Shown: positions 1-13,479 of the stretch, piece by piece
Layout of the letters: every line of letters begins with the position of its first letter
Numbering within the stretch: the first letter of the stretch is position 1
DNA from: Eledone cirrhosa
Lineage: Eukaryota
DNA: 64,000 nucleotides
Assembly: GCA_964016885.1 (NCBI GenBank)
Contig: OZ024741.1
Location: 115,816,001 to 115,880,000, forward strand
Direction: 5' to 3'
Position numbers and translations under genes: made by a program
The notes under the pieces: generated by a model
Told to the model about the DNA's origin: nothing
Seen by the model: only the letters and a program-made list of their open reading frames with translations
The model's database searches: none

Positions 1-3000
1 ATATAGATATAACTCTGAGTGAAAGATGTTCTTGAGGTGGGGGTTACATTTGTCATAGAATATAGATATAACTCTGATAGAAAGATGTTCTTGGGGTAGG
101 AGTTACATTTGTCATAGAATATACATATAATTCTGACTGAAAGATGTTCTTGAGGTGGGGGTTACATTTGTCAGAGAATATAGATATAACTCTGACTGAA
201 AGATGTTCTTGAGGTGGGGGTTACATTTGTCATAGAATATAGATATAACTCTGATTGAAAGATGTTCTTGAGGTGGGGGTTACATTTGTCATAGAATATA
301 TATATAACTCTGATAGAAAGATGTTCTTGAGGTGGGGGTTACATTTGTCATAGAATATAGATATAACTCTGACTGAAAGATATTAATGAGGTAGGGGTTA
401 CAATTGTCATAGAATATAGATATAACTCTGATCGAAAGATATACTTGAGGTGGGGGTTACATTTGTCATAGGATATAGATATAACCCTGATGGAAAGATG
501 TTCTTGAGGTGGGGGTTACATTTGTCATAGAATATAGATATAACTCTGATTGAAAGATTTTGTTGAGGTAGGGGTTACATTTGTCATAGAATATATATAT
601 AACTCAGATTGAAAAATTATCTTGAGGTAGGGGTTACATTTGTCATAGAATATATTTATAACTCTGATAGAAAGATTATCTTGAGGTGGGGGTTACATTT
701 GTCATAGAACATATATATAACTCTGTCTGAAAGATGTTCTTGAGGTGGGGGTTACATTTGTCATAGAATATAGATATAACTCTGTCTGAAAGATGTTCTT
801 GAGGTGGGGGTTACATTTGTCATAGAATATAGATATAACTCTGTCTGAAAGATGTTCTTGAGGTGGGGGTTACATTTGTCATAGAATATAGATATATCTC
901 TGAATGAAAGATGTTCTTGAGGTAGGGGTTACATTTGTCATAGAATATAGACATATACCTGATCGAAAGTTGTTCTTGAGGTGGGGGTTACATTTGTCAT
1001 AGAATATAGGTATAACTCTTATTGAAATATTATCTTGAGGTAGGGGTAACATTTGTCATAGAATATAGATATAACTCTGATTGAAAGATGTTCTTGAGGT
1101 GGGGTTTACATTTGTCATAGAATATAGATATAACTCTGATTGAAAGATGTGGTTGAGGTAGGGGTTACATTTGTCATAGAATATAGATATAACTCTGATT
1201 GAAAGATGTTCTTCAGGTGGGGGTTACATTTGTCATAGAATATAGATATAACTCTGATTGAAAGATTTTGTTGAGGTGGGGCATACATTTGTCATAGAAT
1301 ATAGATATAACTCTGATTGAAAGATTTTGTTGAGGTGGGGTTACATTTGTCATAGAATTTAGATATAACTCTGATAGAAAGATGATCTTGAGGTAGGGGT
1401 TACACTTGTCCTAGGATATAGATATAACCTTGATTGAAAGATGTTCTTGAGGTAGGGGTTACATTTGTCATAGAGTATAGATATAACTCTGTTTGAAAGA
1501 TGTTCTTGAGATGGGGGTTACATTTGTCATAGAATATAGATATAACTCTGATTGAAAGATGTTCTTGAGGTGGGGGTTACATTTGTCAGAGAATATAGAT
1601 ATAACTCTGATTGAATGATTTTGTTGAGGTAGGGTTTACATTTGTGATAGAATATATATATAACTCTGATTGAAAGATGTTCTTCAGGTGGGGGTTACAT
1701 TTGTCATAGAATATAGATATAACTCTGTCTGAAAGATGTTCTTGAGGTGGGGGTTACATTTGTCATAGAATATAGATATAACTCTGTCTGAAAGATGTTC
1801 TTGAGGTGGGGTTACATTTGTCATAGAATATAGATATATCCCTGATCGAAAGATGTTCTTGAGGTGGGGGTTACATTTGTCATAGAATATAGGTATAACT
1901 CTTATTGAAATATTATATTGAGGTAGGGGTAACATTTGTCATAGAATATAGATATAACTCTGAGTGAAAGATGTGCTTCAGGTAGGGCGGGTTACATTTG
2001 TCATAGAATATAGATATATCTCTGAATGAAATATGTACTTGAAGTAGGGGTTACATTTGTCATAGAATATAGATATAACTCTGATTGAAAGATGTTCTTG
2101 AGGTGGGGGTTACATTTGTCATAGAATATAGATATAACTCTGATTGAAAGATGTGGTTGAGGTAGGGGTTACATTTGTCATAGAATATAGATATAACCCT
2201 GATTGAAAGATTTTGCTGAGGTGGGGGTTACATTTGTCATAGAATTGATATATAACACTGATTGAAAGATTTTGTTGAGGTGGGGGTTACATTTGTCATA
2301 GAATATAGATATAACTCTGATTGAAAGATTTTGTTGAGGTGGGGGTTACATTTGTCATAGAATATAGATATAACTCTGATTGAAAGATTTTGTTGAGGTG
2401 GGGCATACATTTGTCATAGAATATAGATATAACTCTGATTGAAAGATTTTGTTGAGGTGGGGTTACATTTGTCATAGAATTTAGATATAACTCTGATAGA
2501 AAGATGATCTTGAGGTAGGGGTTACACTTGTCCTAGGATATAGATATAACCTTGATTGAAAGATGTTCTTGAGGTAGGGGTTACATTTGTCATAGAGTAT
2601 AGATATAACTCTGTTTGAAAGATGTTCTTGAGATGGGGGTTACATTTGTCATAGAATATAGATATAACTCTGATTGAAAGATGTTCTTGAGGTGGGGGTT
2701 ACATTTGTCAGAGAATATAGATATAACTCTGATTGAATGATTTTGTTGAGGTAGGGTTTACATTTGTGATAGAATATATATATAACTCTGATTGAAAGAT
2801 GTTCTTCAGGTGGGGGTTACATTTGTCATAGAATATAGATATAACTCTGTCTGAAAGATGTTCTTGAGGTGGGGGTTACATTTGTCATAGAATATAGATA
2901 TAACTCTGTCTGAAAGATGTTCTTGAGGTGGGGTTACATTTGTCATAGAATGTAGATATATCCCTGATCGAAAGATGTTCTTGAGGTGGGGGTTACATTT

Positions 3001-5298
3001 GTCATAGAATATAGGTATAACTCTTATTGAAATATTATCTTGAGGTAGGGGTAACATTTGTCATAGAATATAGATATAACTCTGAGTGAAAGATGTGCTT
3101 CAGGTAGGGCGGGTTACATTTGTCATAGAATATAGATATATCTCTGAATGAAATATGTACTTGAAGTAGGGGTTACATTTGTCATAGAATATAGATATAA
3201 CTCTGATTGAAAGATGTTCTTGAGGTGGGGGTTACATTTGTCATAGAATATAGATATAACTCTGATTGAAAGATGTGGTTGAGGTAGGGGTTACATTTGT
3301 CATAGAATATAGATATAACCCTGATTGAAAGATTTTGCTGAGGTGGGGGTTACATTTGTCATAGAATTGATATATAACACTGATTGAAAGATTTTGTTGA
3401 GGTGGGGGTTACATTTGTCATAGAATATAGATATAACTCTGATTGAAAGATTTTGTTGAGGTGGGGGTTACATTTGTCATAGAATATAGATATAACTCTG
3501 ATTGAAAGATTTTGTTGAGGTGGGGCATAAATTTGTCATAGAATATAGATATAACTCTGATTGAAAGATTTTGTTGAGGTGGGGTTACATTTGTCATAGA
3601 ATTTAGATATAACTCTGATTGAAAGATGATCTTGAGGTAGGGGTTACACTTGTCCTAGGATATAGATATAACCTTGATTGAAAGATGTTCTTGAGGTGGG
3701 GGTTACATTTGTCAGAGAATATAGATATAACTCTGATTGAATGATTTTGTTGAGGTAGGGTTTACATTTGTCATAGAATATATATATAACTCTGATTGAA
3801 AAATGTTCTTCAGGTGGGGGTTACATTTGTCATAGAATATAGATATAACTCTGATTGAAAGATTTTGTTGAGGTAGGGGTTACATTTGTCATAGAATATA
3901 GATATAACTCTGACTGAAAGATGTTCTTGAGGTGGGGGTTACATTTGTCATAGAATATAGATATAACTCTGATTGAAAGATTATCTTGAGGTAGGGGTTA
4001 CATTTGTCATAGAATATAGATATAACTCTGACTGAAAGATGATCTTGAGGTAGGGGTTACATTTGTCATAGAATATAGATATACCTCTGATTGAAAGATT
4101 ATCTTGACGTAGGGGTTACATTTGTCATAGAATATAGATATAACTCTGTTGGAAAGATGTTCTTGAGGAGGGGTTACATTTGTCATAGAATATAGATATA
4201 ACTCTGATAGAAAGATGTGGTTGAGGTGGGGGTTACATTTGTCATAGAATATTGATATAACTCTGATTGAAAGATATTCTTAGGTAGGGGTTACATTTGT
4301 CATAGAATATAGATATATCTCTGATTGAAAGATTATATTGAGGTAGGGGTTACATTTGTCATACAATATAGATATAACTATGATAGAAAGATGTGGTTGA
4401 GGTGAGGGTTACATTTGTCATAGAATATAGATATAACCCTGATTGAAAGATTATCTTGAGGTAGGGGTTACAATTGTCATAGAATATAAATATAACTCTG
4501 ATTGAAAGATGATCTTGAGGTAGGGGTTACATTTGTCATAAAATATAGATATAACTCTGATTGAAAGATGTTCTTGAGGTGGGGGTTACATTTGTCATAG
4601 AATATAGATATAACACTGTTTGAAAGATGTTCTTGAGGTGGGGGTTACATTTGTCATAGAATATATATATAACTCAGATTGAAAAATTATCTTGAGGTAG
4701 GGGTTACATTTGTCATAGAATATAGATATAACTCTGATAGAAAGATTATCTTGAGGTGGGGGTTACATTTGTCATAGAATATATATATAACTCTGTCTGA
4801 AAGATGTTCTTGAGGTGGGGGTTACATTTGTTATAAAATATAGATATAACTCTGTCTGAAAGATGTTCTTGAGGTGGGGGTTACATTTGTCATAGAATAT
4901 AGATATAACTCTGTCTGAAAGATGTTCTTGAGGTGGGGGTTACATTTGTCATAGAATATAGATATAACTCTGTCTGAAAGATGTTCTTGAGGTGGGGGTT
5001 ACATTTGTCATAGAATATAGATATAACTCTGTTTGAAAGATGTTCTTGAGATGGGGGTTACATTTGTCATAGAATATAGATATACCTCTGATTGAAAGAT
5101 GTTCTTGGGGTGGGGGTTACATTTGTCATAGAATATAGATATAACTCTGTTTGAAAGATGTTCTTGAGATGGGGGTTACATTTGTCATAGAATATAGATA
5201 TACCTCTGATTGAAAGATATACTTGAGGTGGGGGTTACATTTGTCATAAAATATAGATATAACCCTGATGGAAAGATGTTCTTGGGGTGGGGGTTATA
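1..5298. repeat. 59-bp tandem satellite (~90 units, runs off the left edge) with ~1122-bp (19-mer) higher-order repeat
   Basis: Unit ATATAGATATAACTCTGATTGAAAGATGTTCTTGAGGTGGGGGTTACATTTGTCATAGA. Diagnostic variants (GTAGGGCGGG, CACTTGTCCTAGG, GAATTGAT) recur about 1122 bp apart. Confidence 0.97.
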
Positions 5299-5801
5299 TT
5301 TTTAAAAAGAACACCTAGAAATTATAATATAAAAAGATATTTCAAATATTAAAACGTGCAGTTTATTCACATTGGAAATATTGAATTCATTCTCTGAAAT
5401 AATAAACAATAAATATGTTATTTTAACATTTTCAACTACGAAACAAATTAAATCAGCATTATTGAAAACCATATAATTCAATTAGTTTGCCACCACCTGT
5501 CCGATCCTTAGCTGAGAATTCGTAACAATTTGGTGTTTAACCGATATTAGAGCTAAGTTAATATATATACACACACACACTGTGTATGTGTGTGTGTATT
5601 TGTGTGTGTATGTATGTGTGGTGTGTGCGTGCGAGTATGTGTGTGCAGCAGTCTGTCTGTGTGTGGATTTATAATGGAGAGCAATAAATATTATATTTAT
5701 TAGATTTTATTAATGTATCTGATACGTCAGCATTCTGAGTTATCACTTTCCTTATTTCACAGATTTATATATATATATTTATATATATATATATATATAT
5801 A

Positions 5802-6192
5802 TGATAATAATGGAGCTGCGGCGTTGCAAATGGGTTACATATGAAAATGTTTGTCCTTCATCAGTGGCCTTCCAACCGTCGTAGGCATTTCGTCGCTTTA
5901 AAGGCCATATACCTCAGGTTGGTGCGAGCAACGACTAAAAAATGTCGTTAGGACACGTAAATAAAGGGGACGCTAGGGTAAACAAACAAAATGGTTTAAG
6001 CAACAGAAAGTGAGAAGAAAGAGACACGTCCCAGATTTCTATGAATATAAATTCGGTGAAATCGTGAACGAGAGAATAAAGACCATCAAACCTGGTTGAA
6101 ATGTGTGCAAGGAAGGAATTTCGCACAGGTCTAACGGGAGGAAGAAGGGGTCTGGTCTGCGAATTCGGTAAACATAAGTTCTGTGAAGTCGC

Positions 6193-6238
<46 letters not shown>

Positions 6239-8266
6239 AAAAATTTCATACCGGCTTGGCCAAGAGCGCGCGAGAAAAGAATTCGGACAGGTCAAACGGG
6301 AAGAAAGGGGAGGAGGAGAGGTAGTGACAGAGAATGAGTGAGTGAAAGGTGAGGAAGAGGCTAACAGAGAGAGAGACTGCTAGAAAGGGTAAAGATACAA
6401 AGAACGAAACAGACGGGTAGCAGCAGAGGAAAAAATATATGTGTAAATATGATAATAATGGAGCTGCGGCGTTGCAAATGGGTTACATATGAAAAAGTTT
6501 GTCCTTCATCAGTGGCCTTCCAACCGTCGTAGGCATTTCGTCGCTTTAAAGGCCATATACCTCAGGTTGGTGCGAGCAACGGCTAAAAAAAGTCGTTAGG
6601 ACACGTAAATAAAGGGGACGCTAGGGTAAACAAACAAAATGGTTTAAGCAACAGAAAGTGAGAAAGTCTGCGACTTCACAGAACTTGTTTACCGAATTCG
6701 CAGACCAGGCCCCTTCTTCCTCCCGTTAGACCTGTGCGAAAATCCTTCCTTGCTCACATTTCAACCAGGTTTGATGGTCTTTATTCTCTCGTTCACGATT
6801 TCACCGAATTTATATTCATAGAAATCTGGGACTTGTCTCTTTCTTCTCACTTTCTGTTGCTTAAACCATTTTGTTTGTTTACCCTAGCGTGCCCTTTATT
6901 TACGAGTCCCAACTACTTTTTTTAGCCGTTGCTCGCACCAACCTGAGGTATATGGCCTTTAAAGCAACGAAATACCTACGACGGTTGGAAGGCCACTGAT
7001 GAAGGACAAACTTTTTCATATGTAACCCATTTGCAACGCCGCAGCTCCATTATTATCATATTTACACATATATTTTTTCCTCTGCTGCTACCCATCTGTT
7101 TCGTTCTTTGTATCTTTACCCTTTCTAGCAGTCTCTCTCTCTGTTAGCCTCTTCCTCACCCTTCACTCACTCATTCTCTGTCACTACCTCTCCCCCTCCC
7201 CTTTATTCCCGTTTGACCTGTCCGAATTCTTTTCTCGCGCACTCTTGGCCAAGCCGGTATGAATTTATTTTTCTCTCTCTCTCTCTCTCTCGTCTGCGAC
7301 TTCACAGAACTTATGTTTACCGAATTCGCAGACCAGACCCCTTCTTCCTCCCGTTAGACCTGTGCGAAATTCCTTCCTTGCTCACATTTCAACCAGGTTT
7401 GATGGTCTTTATTCTCTCGTTCACGATTTCACCGAATTTATATTCATAGAAATCTGGGACTTGTCTCTTTCTTCTCACTTTCTGTTGCTTAAACCATTTT
7501 GTTTGTTTACCCTAGCGTCCCCTTTATTTACGAGTCCCAACTACTTTTTTTAGCCGTTGCTCGCACCATCCTGAGGTATATGGCCTTTAAAGCGACGAAA
7601 TACCTACGACGGTTGGAAGACCACTGATGAAGGACAAACTTGTTCATATGTAACCCATTTGCAACGCCGCAGCTCCATTATTATCATATTTACACATATA
7701 TTTTTTCCTCTGCTGCTACACATCTGTTTCGTTCTTTGTATCTTTACCCTTTCTAGCAGTCTCTCTCTCTGTTAGCCTCTTCCTAACCTTTCACTCACTC
7801 ATTCTCTGTCACTACCTCTCCTCCCCATTCTTCCCGTTTGACCTGTCCGTAATCCTTTTCTCGCGCGCACTTGGCCAAGCCGATATGAATTTTTTTTCTC
7901 TCTCTCTCTCTCGTCTGCGACTTCACAGAAATTATGTTTACCGAATTCGCAGACTAGACCCCTTCTTCCTCCCGTTAGACCTGTGCGAAATTCCTTCCTT
8001 GCTCACATTTCAACCAGGTTTGATGGTCTTTATTCTCTCGTTCACGATTCCACCGAATTTATATTCATAGAAATCTGGGACTTGTTTCTTTCTTCTTCAT
8101 CACTTTCTGTTGCTTAAACCATTTTGTTTGTTTACCCTAGCGTCCCGTTTATTTACGTGTCCCACCGACTCTTTTTAGCCGTTTCTCGCACCAACCTGAG
8201 GTATATGGCCTTTAAAGCGACGAAATGCCTACGACGGTTGGAAGGCCACTGATGAAGGACAAACTT

Positions 8267-8271
<5 letters not shown>
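5802..8271. repeat. Non-coding ~620-650-bp unit array: ~1.3 copies in one orientation, inversion at ~6665, then ~2.6 tandem copies in the other; flanked by (TA)n
   Basis: 5802-6450 repeats from 6451. Its reverse complement recurs at ~6666, ~7292 and ~7914. Internal (GA)n tract. Confidence 0.9.
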
Positions 8272-8327
<56 letters not shown>

Positions 8328-8712
8328 GTGCTATTTTTAGCAGCTGGGAATTTCGAGATAAGATGGGATCCGAATGAGACGTGCGATAATTCATATCGTA
8401 CAAAATTCCTTTTCTAATATTTTTAGAAGTGAAAGGATCGCTAATTTCTCAACAACTACCGAGGAGCAGAGAAACGTGAGAACTTCACTTAATAAGTCGT
8501 TGCGAAACAGTCTTCAGCACTGTCTAGTTGTTACCAGGCATTTTTGCCCAATATAGGTCTGTTATTTTTCTCAATTTTTCTTAATTTAATATTTAAAGTT
8601 AAGTATAACAAACTATATTGCTGTAGTTAGTATTTTTTCACCCAAGCAAATTTTAGTCCTTACGATTCGAACACATGTATATGTTAGTGTTCATCTCTCT
8701 GTTTTATTCAAT

Positions 8713-8744
<32 letters not shown>

Positions 8745-8759
8745 TTATATATATTATGT

Positions 8760-9051
8760 TTCAATAATCACAAATGCTCGTTTAATAATATTGGTAAAAA
8801 AATCCTCAACTTCTCTATCAAACTTTATATGGAACTTAAAATCTAAAAATATAGACTATTCTTTAACTTGGTATGTAATTTCAGAACCACCTGCCTACAA
8901 AAACACAGCTCTGTCTAGATTTTGCAAATTGTGTGTTGAGGAAATTTTCTTCATACTTAAATGTAAGAACTCAATTAATATACGTATGAATTTTTTCAGT
9001 TCTTGTAAACATCGCCTTAATTCAGCATTTAAAAATATATATAAAATATAA
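8760..9051 (+). pseudogene. 3' fragment of Naiad-type PLE (GIY-YIG C-terminus), followed by AT-rich 3' region to ~10750
   Basis: STSLSNFIWNLKSKNIDYSLTW...CKLCVEE...SSCKHR aligns with the C-termini of the ORFs ending at 12161, 24186 and 38516. Confidence 0.85.
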
Positions 9052-9134
9052 TTACACTTATAATTCTTCTACATATTGTTCGATATATTCCAATGCCTAT
9101 AATTTTCACTTATTAAAATGTCTTATATTATAAT

Positions 9135-9310
9135 CGGTGGATTGGCAGTATCGGTAGAGGGTCGGCCGCCATGCTTTGAAGCATAGAGCTAGCTCCCTGT
9201 ATGATCTGAGTTCAAATCCCACCGAGGTTAAATTTGCCTTTCATCCTTACGGGGTCGATGTACCAGTAATGCACTGGGTAACTGCTGGCCTTGTGCCAAA
9301 AGTAGAAACA
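9135..9310 (+). mobile_element. tRNA-derived SINE (Nin-core type)
   Basis: A-box-like TGGCAGTATCGG, B box GAGTTCAAATCC, core GCCTTTCATCCTTACGGGGTCGAT...GTACCAG. Several more copies at 54.5-58.3 kb. Confidence 0.85.
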
Positions 9311-10751
9311 GTTATAATCATATATGATCATAAATCTTTAATTTTAATATTTTTATATTTTTTATATTAAAATTTCTTATATTATATACATATATGATTA
9401 TAAATTTTTATTAATTTTAAATTTTTAAATTTAATTTTAATTTTAATATTATACTTATTTTTTACTTATTAAATCTTATCCTTTACTGCTTAATATCTTT
9501 ACATCTTTATTCTTTACTGCTTAAATCTTTCACTTTTTTATTTTTACTCCCAAAATATCTCATTTATTTAAAAATTACTTACTTTTAAAAAAATCACTTA
9601 TTTCTTAAAAATTATTATCTTAAAAAATTATTTTGTTTAACATTTAAAATAAATTTTTTAGATATTTTTTAAAATATTTTTAAAGTATTTGTTAAAGATG
9701 TTAAATATTTTTTAAAGGTTTTAAATATTTTAAAATATTTTAAATATTTTAGAATAATTTAAAACATTTAAAATAGTTTAAGTATTTTTTAAAAAGTTTT
9801 TTGGAGTATCTTTTGTGATTCTTAAAATTTTTTTAATAATTTCAAAAAAAAATTTTTTCCAGAATTTTTTCCTGAACTTTTAATATTTTTATATTATATA
9901 TTTTTTAATATTTTCTAATATTTTAATATTTTTAATATTTTTAAATATTCTAAAATATTTTTTAATATAACCAATAACTAATTCTGGCTAAATATACCTT
10001 TCAAAACTTATATCTTCGTCAAAATAGTCTCATACTAACTAATAAATAAAGAAAATTGGGACTTTCACTATCTTCCCAATTTAATATATTTAAATTATTA
10101 AAAACATAAATATTCATATTAACTAAGTTAATTTAATTACTTACACTAAATAAACCAGTATCCCTCATAAATTATTAAAATAATTATCTATAACAGAATA
10201 CACCCATATATCCACACATATATCCATTTCTCTATTCATATATCTATTCTTATATCTATATTTTTCTATCGATTTTTCTACTTATAAGTATTCAGTCTCA
10301 ATTTATTTTTCAATATATATTATTATATTTTCAATATGTATTCTTATATATATATTAACTTTTATTATATATCTATTTTTTCTATATATATATTTTTCTT
10401 TTTACCTATAAAACTTAATATTATATTGTATTATATTAGAATTCTAACAGCAAAATAATTACTATATATAAGTAACTTTAATATAAATTTCAGACTTATT
10501 TACGTTATGCGTTCATCCTCTGTCAAATTTCTCTCTTCTCTCTATTTTTCTATATATCTCATAACAGTAATTTTTTCGCTCTCTATTTTTTCTCATCCTC
10601 CCCCAGCCTAAACGGTTGTTTTTTCAATTTTTCATACATTCATTTGCATATTCACACATAACTTTGAATTACCCATAAGTTTCCACTATCCAGCGAATTT
10701 TCGGACCGTTAAGGTGTGATTTCCATGGGTATGTCATTATTTATGAAACAA

Positions 10752-10777
10752 ATATATATATAATGTATAAATATATA

Positions 10778-10852
<75 letters not shown>

Positions 10853-11021
10853 ATATATTATATATATATATATTATATATATATATATATATATAATATA
10901 TATATATATATATAATATATATATAATATATATATATATAATATATATATATATAATATATATATATATAATATATATATGTATATAATATATATATAAT
11001 ATATATATATAATATATATAT

Positions 11022-11054
<33 letters not shown>

Positions 11055-11072
11055 ATATATATATATAATATA

Positions 11073-11118
<46 letters not shown>

Positions 11119-11162
11119 TATATATATAATATATAAATATTATATATATATTATATATATAT
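10752..11162. repeat. Interrupted (TA)n microsatellite
   Basis: Direct reading. Confidence 0.95.
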
Positions 11163-12160
11163 TTATTAAAATAAGAGATTAAAGTTTAAGCAAAGAATCG
11201 CTGCTTTCACCCTTAACGGGATCTTCTGAAATTAACAAATTCAATCTGTAAACGCAGAAGTGGATATTTCAAAAAACGTTGCAACCAGAGGAAGACAGGA
11301 AGACGATACTTTGGTTCATGGTGACGTTCACTGGCAAAGAACGGGAAAAAACGAATAATACGTCATTAATAGGAGCGATGAAAAACAATTACGCGCAAAG
11401 ACAGAACCACGTTTATGGTATAAAAGAGGTCGTAGACTAATGTTCTCTAAGTGGTGCATAGAGACGTTCTCTGGCAATGAACGAAAAAACGAAGATAATA
11501 AGTCATATGTGGGGCGTGGAGAACAATAGCACGCAAACACGAAACCACGTAAATGGTATAGCACAAGTTGTAGACTAAAATTCTAACTAGGAGACCGAAT
11601 TAATCTCCGCTACAGAGTTAAGAACAAAGTAAATAAATACAATACAGAAGTAATAGAAACAAATAAATACATACACGCAAACAGATACGTACATACACAA
11701 GCATACGCAAAACCTTACCATAGGTATACAAAACCACGCACATATAAATATGTGTATGTGTGTATGCTTGTGTACAAATAAATAAATAATTATATAAACG
11801 TATATAAGTAAATAAATACGTATATAACAAGCGCACACACATACCTACAAATAAATACACGAAGGTTCGGAGACGTAAGTCAACTAAAACAAGAAGTACA
11901 CATATACACACACCCACCATACGTACGAACCTGCATACTCACGCAGACGCAAAACTCCCATATACACATAACCAAACCCTAAATACCAGAATATGTAAAA
12001 ATTATACGCCATAACAGTCAAATATACGTACGAGAAGGTATACATACCTTCACAAAACATACGGGTAATATATACTTACCTATGCAAATAAGTAAAGGAA
12101 TAAACAAAACATATACTTAGCTCCCACATCAAGACGTAAAATATCCACGTATAGATCGTG

Positions 12161-13398
12161 CTATCCGTTAGGGTATAACGTGGGGCTGTAATACAGGAAA
12201 GTTTTGTGCAATTTATGTTTACAAGCCGAAATTGCCTCAGATTTTTTGTTTAAGATGTGGTCTGTGGCGTAGAGTATTTCCAGGGCCTCAGCGGCGCAGA
12301 GGTCACATGGTCTTTTATTTCCGTTATACGATCTAGCCCTAGCTAGGATCTCCCAGTGTAACTTATATTGGGTGTGGTTGTCTTTTAGACTCCAGATATA
12401 AGCTGAAAGTGACGTCATATTCCTTCTTAGAGGGTAACGAAAAGAATGGGTATGCATGTAAAGACGCTGCTTGAATCTATTGGCGGTTAACCCTATGTAG
12501 GCCCTACGGGACGTGGGTGTTACAACCTTACATTTGTAGACAATGTTACTAGAGAGGCATTTCCCGGATAGGGGACAATCAGCCCGATTCCTACAATTAC
12601 AGTTAGTACTAACTACAGGGTTGCACGTGTTCCTACGGCTAGGTAGTTTAGCTAAATTTGAAGCTGTGATGTTATGTGCAAGGTTAGGAGACGTAGAGTA
12701 AGAAATTCTAATAGTATTTCTATTAAAAATTTTACTATATTTATGTGTAGGGGGAAAATGCTTCGTAATAAGGGAAAGAAAGATCTTAGCTAATGGTGTG
12801 GCCACCTCCATATTATATGGTGGGTTAAACCAACAAATCCGACGGGATCTATTTCTTCTAGGTCTATTCTCGTACTCTGTATATGCTACCTTATCGACAA
12901 ATCCACTTAGAGCAAGAGCTTCATTGTAATAAGTGGAATGGTCGTTGAAAATGCGCTCGTTGGTGGAAAGACGGGAAAGCCTCAACGAAACGTTTTTTAC
13001 CAGGTTCTTGGTTATGCTGGCAGGATGGTTGGAATGCTTACTTATGTAATTAAGCGTATCATTCGGCTTTCTATACGGGTAATACAACCCATTCAATAAA
13101 TTGAGGGTAACGTCGAGGTAATTAACGACCGAGAGATTGGCCTCAACCTGTATAGAGAGGTTGAAGCCTTTACAGAAGAATGTGAGTTCTTTTCTGAATC
13201 TTTCGCAAGCACTAGGTCCACACTTAGTCATGGTCAAAAGACCATCGTCACGGTACAAACCACCGCCCGCGTTGGGGAATTCGTCCTTGATAGAGAAAAG
13301 AAGGAAAAGGCCAATAAGATCAGTAACCTCCGCAGAGTCACTGGCGCCCATACTCACGTCAAATGGGGTACTTTGCTTAAACTTTAATCTGTTATTTT
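12161..13398 (-). mobile_element. 5'-truncated Naiad-type PLE: RT C-half, Zn motif, GIY-YIG endonuclease; putative 3' UTR to ~11165
   Basis: [47 protein letters not shown]...YIGLT, CDLC...CKH. The frame is open for about 400 aa. Confidence 0.93.
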
Positions 13399-13479
13399 AA
13401 TAAATGTTTGCTCTTCGGTTCTTATATATTGGATATATATTTTCCTTATCGAGCCCTCTTTGGATTTTAGTCTTCAATT

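Noticed and set aside
1-5298. CRISPR array, coding ORFs or hammerhead (CTGATTGAAA) in the 59-bp repeat
   Set aside because: No unique spacers; the ORFs are repeat artefacts; CUGANGA is incomplete and stems I and II do not form.
9135-9225. tRNA gene
   Set aside because: A/B boxes belong to a SINE head; no cloverleaf.
11280-12160. SECIS elements in Naiad 3' UTRs
   Set aside because: No in-frame UGA seen in the Naiad ORFs and no AUGA..AA..GA kink-turn found by eye. SECISearch3 would settle it.
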